Assembly (NCBI GenBank): GCA_043228905.1
Contig: JBHGNT010000010.1
Span: 186,001 to 250,000 of the forward strand
DNA from: Azolla caroliniana
Taxonomy: Eukaryota; Plantae; Polypodiophyta
Direction: 5' to 3'
DNA length: 64,000 nt
The notes under the pieces were generated by a model that was not told where the DNA came from, did not search any database, and was given only the letters and a program-made list of their open reading frames with translations. This document shows positions 1-11,600 of this stretch, piece by piece; within the stretch, counting starts at the first letter, position 1; the number at the start of each line of letters is the position of its first letter. The position numbers were made by a program, and so were the translations under genes.

Positions 1-40
1 GACTCCCTCTTCTAACTTGCCAATTTCTTCATGTCTCTCG

Positions 41-1997
41 ACCTGAGTTTCAAAATCTTGATTTTTTAATTCCATATCTTAGGTAGCGTTGTTAGCTTCG
101 AATCGCAAGTTTGAACACAAAAATCTGAGATCACACGAACCAGGTATGAACATTTTAATTTACTCACGCGCTCTTCTCAACTCCCTCCTCAAATTTGATA
201 ATTTTTTCATGTCTCTCGACCTGAGTTTCAAAATCTTGATTTTTTAATTCCATATCATAGGTAGCGTTGTTAGCTTCGATTCGCATGTTTGAACACAGAA
301 GTCCGGGATCACACGAGCCAGGTATGAACATTTTAAATTAGTCACGGGCTATTCTCAACTCCCTCCTCAAATTTGGTAATTTCTTCATGTCTCTCGACCT
401 GAGTTTTAAAATCTTGATTTTTTAATTCCAAATCTTAGGTAGCGTTGTTAGCTTCGATTCGCATGTTTGAACACAGAAATCCGGGATCACACGAGCCAGT
501 ATAAACATTTTAATTTACTCACCCGCTCTTCTCAACTCCCTCCTCAAATTTGATAATTTCTTCATGTCTCTCGACCTGAGTTTCAAAATCTTGATTTTTT
601 AATTCCATATCATAGGTAGCGTTGTTAGCTTCGAATCGCATGTTTGAACACAAAAATCCGATATCACTTGCGCCAGGTATGAACATTTTAATTTACTCAC
701 GGGCTCTTCTCAACTCCCTCTTCTAACTTGCCAATTTCTTCATGTCTCTCGACCTGAGTTTCAAAATCTTGATTTTATAATTCCATATCATAGGTAGCGT
801 TGTTAGCTTCGAGTCGCATGTTTGAACACAGAAATCCGGGATCACACGAGCCAAATATGAACATTTTAATTTATTCACGCGCTCTTCTCAACCTCCTCCT
901 CAAATTTGGTAATTTCTTCATGTCTCTCGACCTGAGTTTCAAAATCTTGATTTTTTAATTCTATATCATAGGTAGCGTTATTAGCTTCGAATCGCATGTT
1001 TGAACACAAAAATCCGGGATCACACGAGCCAGGTCTGAACATTTTAATTTACTCACGGGCTCCTCTCAACTCCCTCCTCAAATTTGGTAATTTCTTCATG
1101 TCTCTCGACCTAAGTTTCAAAATCTTGATTTTTTAATTCTATATCATAGGTAGCGTTGTTAGCTTCGAATCGCATGTTTGAACACAAAAATCCGGAATCA
1201 CACGAGCCAGGTATGAACATTTTAATTTACTCACGGGCTCCTCTTAACTCCCTCCTCAAATTTCGTAATTTCTTCATGTCTCTCGACCTGAGTTTCAAAA
1301 TCTTGATTTTTTAATTCTATATCATAGGTAGCGTTGTTAGCTTCGAATCGCATGTTTGAACACAAAAATCCGGGATCACACGAGGCAGGTATGAACATTT
1401 TAATTTACTCACGGGCTCCTCTCAACTCCCTCTTCTAACTCGCTAATTTGTTCATGTCTCTCGACCTGAGTTTCAAAATCTTGATTTATTAATTCCATAT
1501 CATAGGTAGCGTTGTTAGCTTCGAATCACATGTTTGAACACAAAAATCCGATATCACATGGGCCAGGTATGAACATTTTAATTTACTCACGGGCTCTTCT
1601 CAACTCCCTCCTCAAATTTGGTACTTTCTTCATGTCTCTCGACCTGAGTTTCAAAATCTTGATTTTTTAATTCTATAACATAGGTAGCGTTGTTAGCTTC
1701 GAATCCCATGTTTGAACACAAAAATCCGGGATCACACGAGCCAGGTATGAACATTTTAATTTACTCACGGGCTCCTCTCAACTCCCTCCTCAAATTTGGT
1801 AATTTTTTCATGTCTCTCGACCTGAGTTTCAAAATCTTGAATTTTTAATTGTATATCATAGGTAGCGTTTTTAGCTTCGAATCACATGTTTGAACACAAA
1901 AATCCGATATCACATGGGCCAGGTATGAACATTTTAATTTACTCAAGGCCTCTTCTCGACTCCCTCTTCTAACTTGCCAATTTCTTCATGTCTCTCG
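41..1997. repeat. 11-monomer higher-order repeat unit (1957 bp; monomer types A-K)
   Basis: Ordered diagnostic variants: ctgagatcacacgaacc; agaagtcc/gctattc; 177-bp agccagtataaac; gatatcacttgcgcc; cgagtcg/agccaaatat; gcgttattag/ggtctgaac; cctaag/tttcgtaa; ctaactcgctaatttg; gatttattaa/ggtacttt; tataacata/atcccatg; gcgttttt/ctcaaggcc. The same order occurs at 16180-18136. Confidence 0.93.
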
Positions 1998-4900
1998 ACC
2001 TGAGTTTCAAAATCTTGATTCGTATGTTTGAACACAGAAATCCGGGATCACACGAGCCAGGTATAAACACAGAACCCGCTCTTCTCGACTCCCTCTTCTA
2101 ACTTGCCAATTTCTTCATGTCTCTCGACCTGAGTTTCAAAATCTTGATTTTTTAATTCCATATCTTAGGTAGCGTTGTTAGCTTCGAATCGCAAGTTTGA
2201 ACACAAAAATCTGAGATCACACGAACCAGGTATGAACATTTTAATTTACTCACGCGCTCTTCTCAACTCCCTCCTCAAATTTGATAATTTTTTCATGTCT
2301 CTCGACCTGAGTTTCAAAATCTTGATTTTTTAATTCCATATCATAGGTAGCGTTGTTAGCTTCGATTCGCATGTTTGAACACAGAAGTCCGGGATCACAC
2401 GAGCCAGGTATGAACATTTTAAATTAGTCACGGGCTATTCTCAACTCCCTCCTCAAATTTGGTAATTTCTTCATGTCTCTCGACCTGAGTTTTAAAATCT
2501 TGATTTTTTAATTCCAAATCTTAGGTAGCGTTGTTAGCTTCGATTCGCATGTTTGAACACAGAAATCCGGGATCACACGAGCCAGTATAAACATTTTAAT
2601 TTACTCACCCGCTCTTCTCAACTCCCTCCTCAAATTTGATAATTTCTTCATGTCTCTCGACCTGAGTTTCAAAATCTTGATTTTTTAATTCCATATCATA
2701 GGTAGCGTTGTTAGCTTCGATTCGCATGTTTGAACACATAAATCCGGGATCACACGAGCCAGGTATAAACATTTTAATTTATTCACGCGCTCTTCTCAAC
2801 TCCCTCCTCAAATTTGGTAATTTCTTCATGTCTCTCGACCTGAGTTTCAAAATCTTGAATTTTTAATTCTATATCATAGGTAGCGTTGTTAGCTTCGAAT
2901 CACATGTTTGAACACAAAAATCCGATATCACATGGGCCAGGTATGAACATTTTAATTTACTCACGGGCTCTTCTCGACTCCCTCTTCTAACTTGCCAATT
3001 TCTTCATGTCTCTCGACCTGAGTTTCAAAATCTTGATTTTTTAATTCCATATCATAGGTAGCGTTGTTAGCTTCGATTCGTATGTTTGAACACAGAAATC
3101 CAGGATCACACGAGCCAGGTATAAACATTTTAATTTATTCACGCGCTCTTCTCAACTCCCTCCTCAAATTTGGTAATTTCTTCATGTCTCTCGACCTGAG
3201 TTTCAAAATCTTGAATTTTTAATTGTATGTCATAGCTACCATTGTTAGCTTCGATTCGCATCTTTGAACACAAAAATCCGGGATCACACGAGCCAGGTAT
3301 GAACATTTTAATTTACTCACGCGCTCTTCTCAACTCCCTCCTCAAATTTGGTAATTTCTTCATGTCTCTCGACCTGAGTTTCAAAATCTTGATTTTTTAA
3401 TTCCATATCTTAGGTAGCGTTGTTAGCTTCGAATCGCATGTTTGAACACAAAAATCCGGTATCACACGAGCCAGGTATGAACATTTTAATTTACTCACGG
3501 GCTCCTCTCAACTCCCTCCTCAAATTTGGTAATTTCTTCATGTCTCTCGACCTGAGTTTCAAAATCTTGATTTTTTAATTCCATATCATAGGTAGCGTTG
3601 TTAGCTTCGAATCGCAAGTATGAACACAGAATTTCGGGATCACAGGAGCCAGGTATGAACATTTTAATTTATTCACGCGCTCTTCTCAACTCCCTCCTCA
3701 AATTTGGTAATTTCTTCATGTGTCTTGACCTGAGTTTCAAAATCTTGATTTTTTAATTCTATATCATAGCTAGTGTTGTTAGCTTCGATTCGCATCTTTG
3801 AACACAAAAATTTGGTATCACACGAGCCAGGTATGAACATTTTAATTTATTCACGCGCTCTTCTCAACTCCCTCCTCAAATTTGGTAATTTCTTCATGTC
3901 TCTCGACCTGAGTTTCAAAATCCGAATTTTTTAATTCTATATCATAGCTAGCATTGTTAGCTTCGATTCGCATCTTTGAACACAAAAAACCGGGGTCACA
4001 CGAGCCAGGTATGAACATTTTAATTTACTCACGCGCTCTTCTCAACTCCCTCTTCAAATTTGGTAATTCCTTCATGTCTCTCGACCTGAGTTTCAAAATC
4101 TTGATTTTTTAATTCCATATCTTAGGTAGCGTTGTTAGCTTCAATTCGCATGTTTGAACACAAAAATCCGAGATCACACGAGCCAGGTATGAACATTTTA
4201 AATTAGTCACGGGCTCTTCTCAACTCCTTCTTCTAACTTGCCAATTTCTTTATGTCTCTCGACCTGAGTTTCAATGTCCTGATTTTTTAATTCCATATTC
4301 TAGGTAGCGTTGTTAGCTTCGAATCGCAAGTTTGAACACAAAAATCCGAGATCACACGAGCCAGGTATGAACATTTTAAATTAGTCACGGGCTCTTCTCA
4401 ACTCCTTCTTCTAACTTGCCAATTTCTTTATGTCTCTCGACCTGAGTTTCAAAATCTTGATTTTTTAATTCTATATCATAGGTAGCGTTGTTAGCTTCGA
4501 ATCGCATGTTTGAACACAAAAATCCGGGATCACACGAGCCAGGTATGAACATTTTAATTTACTCACGGGCTCCTCTCAACTCCCTCCTCAAATTTGGTAA
4601 TTTCTTCATGTCTGGCGACCTGCGTTTCAAAATCTTGATTTTTTAATTCCATATCATAGGTAGCGTTGTTAGCTTCGAATCGCATGTTTGAACACAAAAA
4701 TCCGGGATCACACGAGCCAGGTATGAACATTTTAATTTACTCACGGGCTCCTCTCAACTCCCTCCTCAAATTTGGTATTTTCTTCATGACTCTCGACCTG
4801 AGTTTCAATATCCTGATTTTTTAATTCCATATTCTAGGTAGCGTTGTTAGCTTCGAATCGCAAGTTTGAACACAAAAATCGGAGATCACACGAGCCAGGT

Positions 4901-5863
4901 ATGAACATTTTAAATTAGTCACGGGCTCTTCTCAACTCCATCTTCTAACTTGCCAATTTCTTCATGTCTCTCGACCTGAGTTTCAAAATCTTGATTTTTT
5001 AATTCCATATCATAGGTAGCGTTGTTAGCTTCGAATCGCATGTTTGAACACAAAAATCCGATATCACTTGCGCCAGGTATGAACATTTTAATTTACTCAC
5101 GGGCTCAACTCAACTCCCTCTTCTAACTTGCCAATTTCTTCATGTCTCTCGACCTGAGTTTCAAAATCCTTATTTTATAATTCCATATCATAGGTAGCGT
5201 TGTTAGCTTCGAGTCGCATATTTGAACACAGAAATCCGGGATCACACGAGCCAAATATGAACATTTTAATTTATTCACGCGCTCTTCTCAACCTCCTCCT
5301 CAAATTTGGTAATTTCTTCATGTCTCTCGACCTGAGTTTCAAAATCTTGATTTTTTAATTCTATATCATAGCTAGCATTGTTAGCTTCGAATCGCATGTT
5401 TGAACACAAAAATCCGGGATCACACGAGGTAGGTATGAACATTTTAATTTACTCACGGGCTCCTCTCAACTCCCTCCGCAAATTTGGTAATTTCTTCATG
5501 TCTCTCGACCTGAGTTTCAAAATCTTGATTTTTTAATTCTATATCATAGGTAGCGTTGTTAGCTTCGAATCGCAAGTTTGAACACAAAAATCCGGGATCA
5601 CACGTGCCAGGTATGAACATTTTAATTTACTCACGGGCTCCTCTCAACTCCATCCTCAAATTTGGTAATTTCTTCATGTCTCTCGACCTGAGTTTCAAAA
5701 TCTTCATTTTTTAATTCCATATCATAGGTAGCGTTGTTAGCTTCGAATCGCATGTTTGAAAACAAAAATCCGGGATCACACGAGCCAGGTATGAACATTT
5801 TAATTTACTCACGGGCTCCTCTCAACTCCCTCCTCAAATTTGGTAATTTCTTCATGTCTCTCG

Positions 5864-8620
5864 ACCTGAGTTTCAAAATCTTGATTTTCTAATTCTATAT
5901 CATAGGTAGCGTTGTTAGCTTCGAATCGCATGTTTGAACACAAAAATCCGGAATCACACGAGCCAGGTATGAACATTTTAATTTACTCACGGGCTCCTCT
6001 CAACTCCCTCCTCAAATTTGGTAATTTCTTCATGTCTCTCGACCTGAGTTTCAAAATCTTGAATTTTTAATTCTATATCATAGGTAGCGTTGTTAGCTTC
6101 GAATCACATGTTTGAACACAAAAATCCGATATCACATTGGCCAGGTATGAACATTTTAATTTACTCACGGGCTCTTCTCAACTCCCTCCTCAAATTTGGT
6201 AATTTCTTCATGTCTCTCGACCTGAGTTTCAAAATCTTGATTTTTTAACTCTATAACATAGGTAGCGTTGTTAGCTTCGAATCGCATGTTTGAACACAGA
6301 AATCCGGGATCACACGAGCCAGGTATGAACATTTTAATTTACTCACGGGCTCCTCTCAACTCCCTCCTTAAATTTGGTAATTTCTTCATGTCTCTCGACC
6401 TGAGTTTCAAAATCTTGATTTTTTAGTTCCATATTCTAGGTAGTGTTGTTAGCTTCGAATCGCAAGTTTGAACCCAAAAATCCGAGATCACACGAGCCAG
6501 GTATGAACATTTTAAATTAGTCACGGGCTCTTCTCAACTCCTTGCTCAAATTTGGTAATTTATTCATGTCTCGCGACCTGAGTTTCAAAATCTTGATTTT
6601 TTAATTCCATATCATAGGTAGCGTTGTTAGCTTCGAATCGCATGTTTGAACACAAAAATCCGGGATCACACGAGCCAGGTATGAACATTTTAATTTACTC
6701 ACAGGCTCCTCTCAACTCCCTCCTCAAATTTGGTAATTTCTTCATGTCTCTCGACCTGAGTTTGAAAATCTTGAATTTTTAATTCCATATCATAGGTAGC
6801 GTTGTTAGCTTCGAATCGCAAGTTTGAACACAGAATTTCGGGATCACACGAGCCAGGTATGAACATTTTAATTTACTCACGGGCTCCTCTCAACTCTCTC
6901 CTCAAATTTGGTAATTTCTTCATGTCTCTCGACCTGAGTTTCAAAATCTTGATTTTTTAATTCTATATCATAGGTAGCGTTGTTAGCTTCGAATCGCATG
7001 TTTGAACACAAAAATCCGGGATCACACGAGGCAGGTATGAACATTTTAATTTACTCACGGGCTCTTCTCAACTCCTTGCTCAAATTTGGTAATTTCTTCA
7101 TGTCTCTCGACCTGAGTTTTAAAATCTTAATTTTTTAATTCCATATCTTAGGTAGCGTTGTTAGCTTCGATTCGCATGTTTGAACACAAAAATCCGGGAT
7201 CACACGAGCCAGGTATGAACATTTTAATTTACTCATGCGCTCTTCTCAACTCCCTCCTAAAATGTGGTAATTTCTTCATGTCTCTCGACCTGAGTTTCAA
7301 AATCTTGATTTTTTAATTCCATATCATAGGTAGCGTTGTTAGCTTCGAATCGCACGTTTGAACACAGAAATCCGGAAGCACACGAGGCAGGTATGAACAT
7401 TTTAATTTATTCACGCGCTCTTCTCAACTCCCTCCTCAAATTTGGTAATTTCTTCATGTCTCTCGACCTGAGTTTCAAAATCTTGATTTTTTAATTCTAT
7501 ATCATAGCTAGTGTTGTTAGCTTCGATTCGCATCTTTGAACACAAAAATTTGGTATCACACGAACCAGGTATGAACATTTTAATTTACTCTCCGGCTCTT
7601 CTCAACTCCCTCTTCTAACTTGCCAATTTCTTCATGTCTCTCGACCTGAGTTTCAAAATCTTGATTTTTTAATTCCATATCTTAGGTAGCGTTGTTAGCT
7701 TCGAATCGCAAGTTTGAACACAAAAATCCGAGATCACACGAGCCAGGTATGAACATTTTAATTTACTCACGGGCTCCTCTCAACTCCCTCCTCAAATTTG
7801 GTAATTTCTTCATGTCTCTCGACCTGAGTTTCAAAATCTTGATTTTCTAATTCTATATCATAGGTAGCGTTGTTAGCTTCGAATCGCATGTTTGAACACA
7901 AAAATCCGGAATCACACGAGCCAGGTATGAACATTTTAATTTACTCACGGGCTCCTCTCAACTCCCTCCTCAAATTTGGTAATTTCTTCATGTCTCTCGA
8001 CCTGAGTTTCAAAATCTTGAATTTTTAATTCTATATCATAGGTAGCGTTGTTAGCTTCGAATCACATGTTTGAACACAAAAATCCGATATCACATTGGCC
8101 AGGTATGAACATTTTAATTTACTCACGGGCTCTTCTCAACTCCCTCCTCAAATTTGGTAATTTCTTCATGTCTCTCGACCTGAGTTTCAAAATCTTGATT
8201 TTTTAATTCTATAACATAGGTAGCGTTGTTAGCTTCGAATCGCATGTTTGAACACAGAAATCCGGGATCACACGAGCCAGGTATGAACATTTTAATTTAC
8301 TCACGAGCTCCTCTCAACTCCCTCCTTAAATTTGGTAATTTCTTTATGTCTCTCGACCTGAGTTTCAAAATCTTGATTTTTTAGTTCCATATTCTAGGTA
8401 GCGTTGTTAGCTTCGAATCGCAAGTTTGAACCCAAAAATCCGAGATCACACGAGCCAGGTATGAACATTTTAAATTAGTCACGGGCTCTTCTCAACTCCT
8501 TGCTCAAATTTGGTAATTTCTTCATGTCTCGCGACCTGAGTTTCAAAATCTTGATTTTTTAATTCCATATCATAGGTAGCGTTGTTAGCTTCGAATCGCA
8601 TGTTTGAACACAAAAATCCG
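5864..8620. repeat. Four-monomer block repeated at 11-monomer spacing (1958 bp)
   Basis: Monomers at 5864, 6042, 6220, 6398 (gattttctaa/ccggaatc; cacattggcc; tataacata; ttagttcc/aacccaaa/cttgctc) recur at 7822, 8000, 8178, 8356. Confidence 0.88.
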
Positions 8621-11600
8621 ATATCACATGGGCCAGGTATGAACATTTTAATTTACTCACGACTCCCTCTTCTCGACTCCCTCTTCTAACTTGCCAATTT
8701 CTTCATGTCTCTCGACCTGAGTTTCAAAATCTTGATTTTTTAATTCCATATCTTAGGTACCGTTGTTAGCTTCGAATCACAAGTTTGAACACAAAAATCT
8801 GAGATCACACGAACCAGGTATGAACATTTTAATTTACTGACGCGCTCTTCTCAACTCCCTCCTCAAATTTGATAATTTTTTCATGTCTCTCGACCTGAGT
8901 TTCAAAATCTTGATTTTTTAATTCCATATCATAGGTAGCGTTGTTAGCTTCGATTCGCATGTTTGAACACAGAAGTCCGGGATCACACGAGCCAGGTATG
9001 AACATTTTAAATTAGTCACGGGCTATTCTCAACTCCCTCCTCAAATTTGGTAATTTCTTCATGTCTCTCGACCTGAGTTTTAAAATCTTGATTTTTTAAT
9101 TCCAAATCTTAGGTAGCGTTGTTAGCTTCGATTCGCATGTTTGAACACAGAAATCCGGGATCACACGAGCCAGTATAAACATTTTAATTTACTCACCCGC
9201 TCTTCTCAACTCCCTCCTCAAATTTGATAATTTCTTCATGTCTCTCGACCTGAGTTTCAAAATCTTGATTTTTTAATTCCATATCATAGGTAGCGTTGTT
9301 AGCTTCGATTCGCATGTTTGAACACAGAAATCCGGGATCACACGAGCCAGGTATAAACATTTTAATTTATTCACGCGCTCTTCTCAACTCCCTCCTCAAA
9401 TTTGGTAATTTCTTCATGTCTCTCGACCTGAGTTTCAAAATCTTGAATTTTTAATTCTATATCATAGGTAGCGTTGTTAGCTTCGAATCACATGTTTGAA
9501 CACAGAAATCCGATATCACATGGGCCAGGTATGAACATTTTAATTTACTCACGGGCTCTTCTCGACTCCCTCTTCTAACTTGCCAATTTCTTCATGTCTC
9601 TCTACCTGAGTTTCAAAATCTTGATTTTTTAATTCCATATCATAGGTAGCGTTGTTAGCTTCGAATCGCATGTTTGAACACAAAAATCCGATATCACTTG
9701 CGCCAGGTATGAACATTTTAATTTACTCACGGGCTCTTCTCAACTCCCTCTTCTAACTTGCCAATTTCTTCATGTCTCTCGACCTGAGTTTCAAAATCTT
9801 GATTTTATAATTCCATATCATAGGTAGCGTTGTTAGCTTCGAGTCGCATGTTTGAACACAGAAATCCGGGATCACACGAGCCAAATATGAACATTTTAAT
9901 TTATTCACGCGCTCTTCTCAACCTCCTCCTCAAATTTGGTAATTTCTTCATGTCTCTCGACCTGAGTTTCAAAACCTTGATTTTTTAATTCTATATCATA
10001 GCTAGCATTGTTAGCTTCGAATCGCATGTTTGAACACAAAAATCCGGGATCACACGAGGCAGGTATGAACATTTTAATTTACTCACGGGCTCCTCTCAAC
10101 TCCCTCCTCAAATTTGGTAATTTCTTCATGTCTCTCGACCTGAGTTTCAAAATCTTGAATTTTTAATTGTATATCATAGGTAGCGTTGTTAGCTTCGAAT
10201 CGCATGTTTGAACACAAAAATCCGGGATCACACGAGCCAGGTATGAACATTTTAATTTACTCACGGGCTCCTCTTAACTCCCTCCTCAAATTTCGTAATT
10301 TCTTCATGTCTCTCGACCTGAGTTTCAAAATCTTGATTTTTTAATTCTATATCATAGGTAGCGTTGTTAGCTTCGAATCGCATGTTTGAACACAAAAATC
10401 CGGGATCACACGAGGCAGGTATGAACATTTTAATTTACTCACGGGCTCCTCTCAACTCCCTCTTCTAACTCGCTAATTTGTTCATGTCTCTCGACCTGAG
10501 TTTCAAAATCTTGATTTATTAATTCCATATCATAGGTAGCCTTGTTAGCTTCGAATCACATGTTTGAACACAAAAATCCGATATCACATGGGCCAGGTAT
10601 GAACATTTTAATTTACTCACGGGCTCTTCTCAACTCCCTCCTCAAATTTGGTACTTTCTTCATGTCTCTCGACCTGAGTTTCAAAATCTTGATTTTTTAA
10701 TTCTATAACATAGGTAGCGTTGTTAGCTTCGAATCCCATGTTTGAACACAAAAATCCGGGATCACACGAGCCAGGTATGAACATTTTAATTTACTCACGG
10801 GCTCCTCTCAACTCCCTCCTCAAATTTGGTAATTTCTTCATGTCTCTCGACCTGAGTTTCAAAATCTTGATTTTTTAATTCTATATCATAGGTAGCGTTG
10901 TTAGCTTCGAATCGCATATTTGAACACAAAAATCCGGGATCACACGAGCCAGGTCTGAACATTTTAATTTACTCACGGGCTCCTCTCAACTCCCTCCTCA
11001 AATTTGGTAATTTCTTCATGTCTCTCGACCTGAGTTTCAAAATCTTGAATTTTTAATTGTATATCATAGGTAGCGTTGTTAGCTTCGAATCACATGTTTG
11101 AACACAAAAATCCGATATCACACGAGCCAGGTATGAACATTTTAATTTACTCACGCGCTCTTCTCAACTCCCTCCTCAAATTTGATAATTTTTTCATGTC
11201 TCTCGACCTGAGTTTCAAAATCTTGATTTTTTAATTCCATATCATAGGTAGCGTTGTTAGCTTCGATTCGCATGTTTGAACACAGAAGTCCGGGATCACA
11301 CGAGCCAGGTATGAACATTTTAAATTAGTCACGGGCTATTCTCAACTCCCTCCTCAAATTTGATAATTTTTTCATGTCTCTCGACCTGAGTTTCAAAATC
11401 TTGATTTTTTAATTCCATATCATAGGTAGCGTTGTTAGCTTCGATTCGCATGTTTGAACACAGAAGTCCGGGATCACACGAGCCAGGTATGAACATTTTA
11501 AATTAGTCACGGGCTATTCTCAACTCCCTCCTCAAATTTGGTAATTTCTTCATGTCTCTCGACCTGAGTTTTAAAATCTTGATTTTTTAATTCCAAATCT

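Larger units (their letters stand above)
1..9664. repeat. Copy 1 of a ~9.6 kb intra-array duplication
   Basis: Matches 18097-27451 with offsets 18096, 17919, 17790 and 17787 in turn. Shared rare variants: tccgaatttt 3921/21711, gggctcaact 5101/22891, taggtaccg 8754/26541, tctacctgag 9601/27388. Confidence 0.93.

Noticed and set aside
170-192. Shine-Dalgarno-like GGAGG on the minus strand
   Set aside because: It is part of the purine-rich satellite tract, too far from the monomer ATG, and the context is a eukaryote-type satellite.
41-218. Repeating exon-intron gene on the minus strand (GTGAGT donor, GCTAAC branch-like motif, CAG/G acceptor)
   Set aside because: The implied exon is 53 nt, not a multiple of 3, and concatenated exons hit TGA within three copies. 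Common alleles weaken or remove the donor (GTGACT, GTGAAT, GAGAGT).
41-218. CENP-B box
   Set aside because: TTCG and CGGG both occur but not in the TTCGnnnnAnnCGGG spacing on either strand.
41-218. Identity with Arabidopsis CEN178, maize 180-bp knob or alpha satellite; or a tandem 5S rRNA/tRNA array
   Set aside because: Only the length is similar. I see none of the motifs I recall for these satellites, and no 5S or tRNA sequence or cloverleaf. A database search is still needed.
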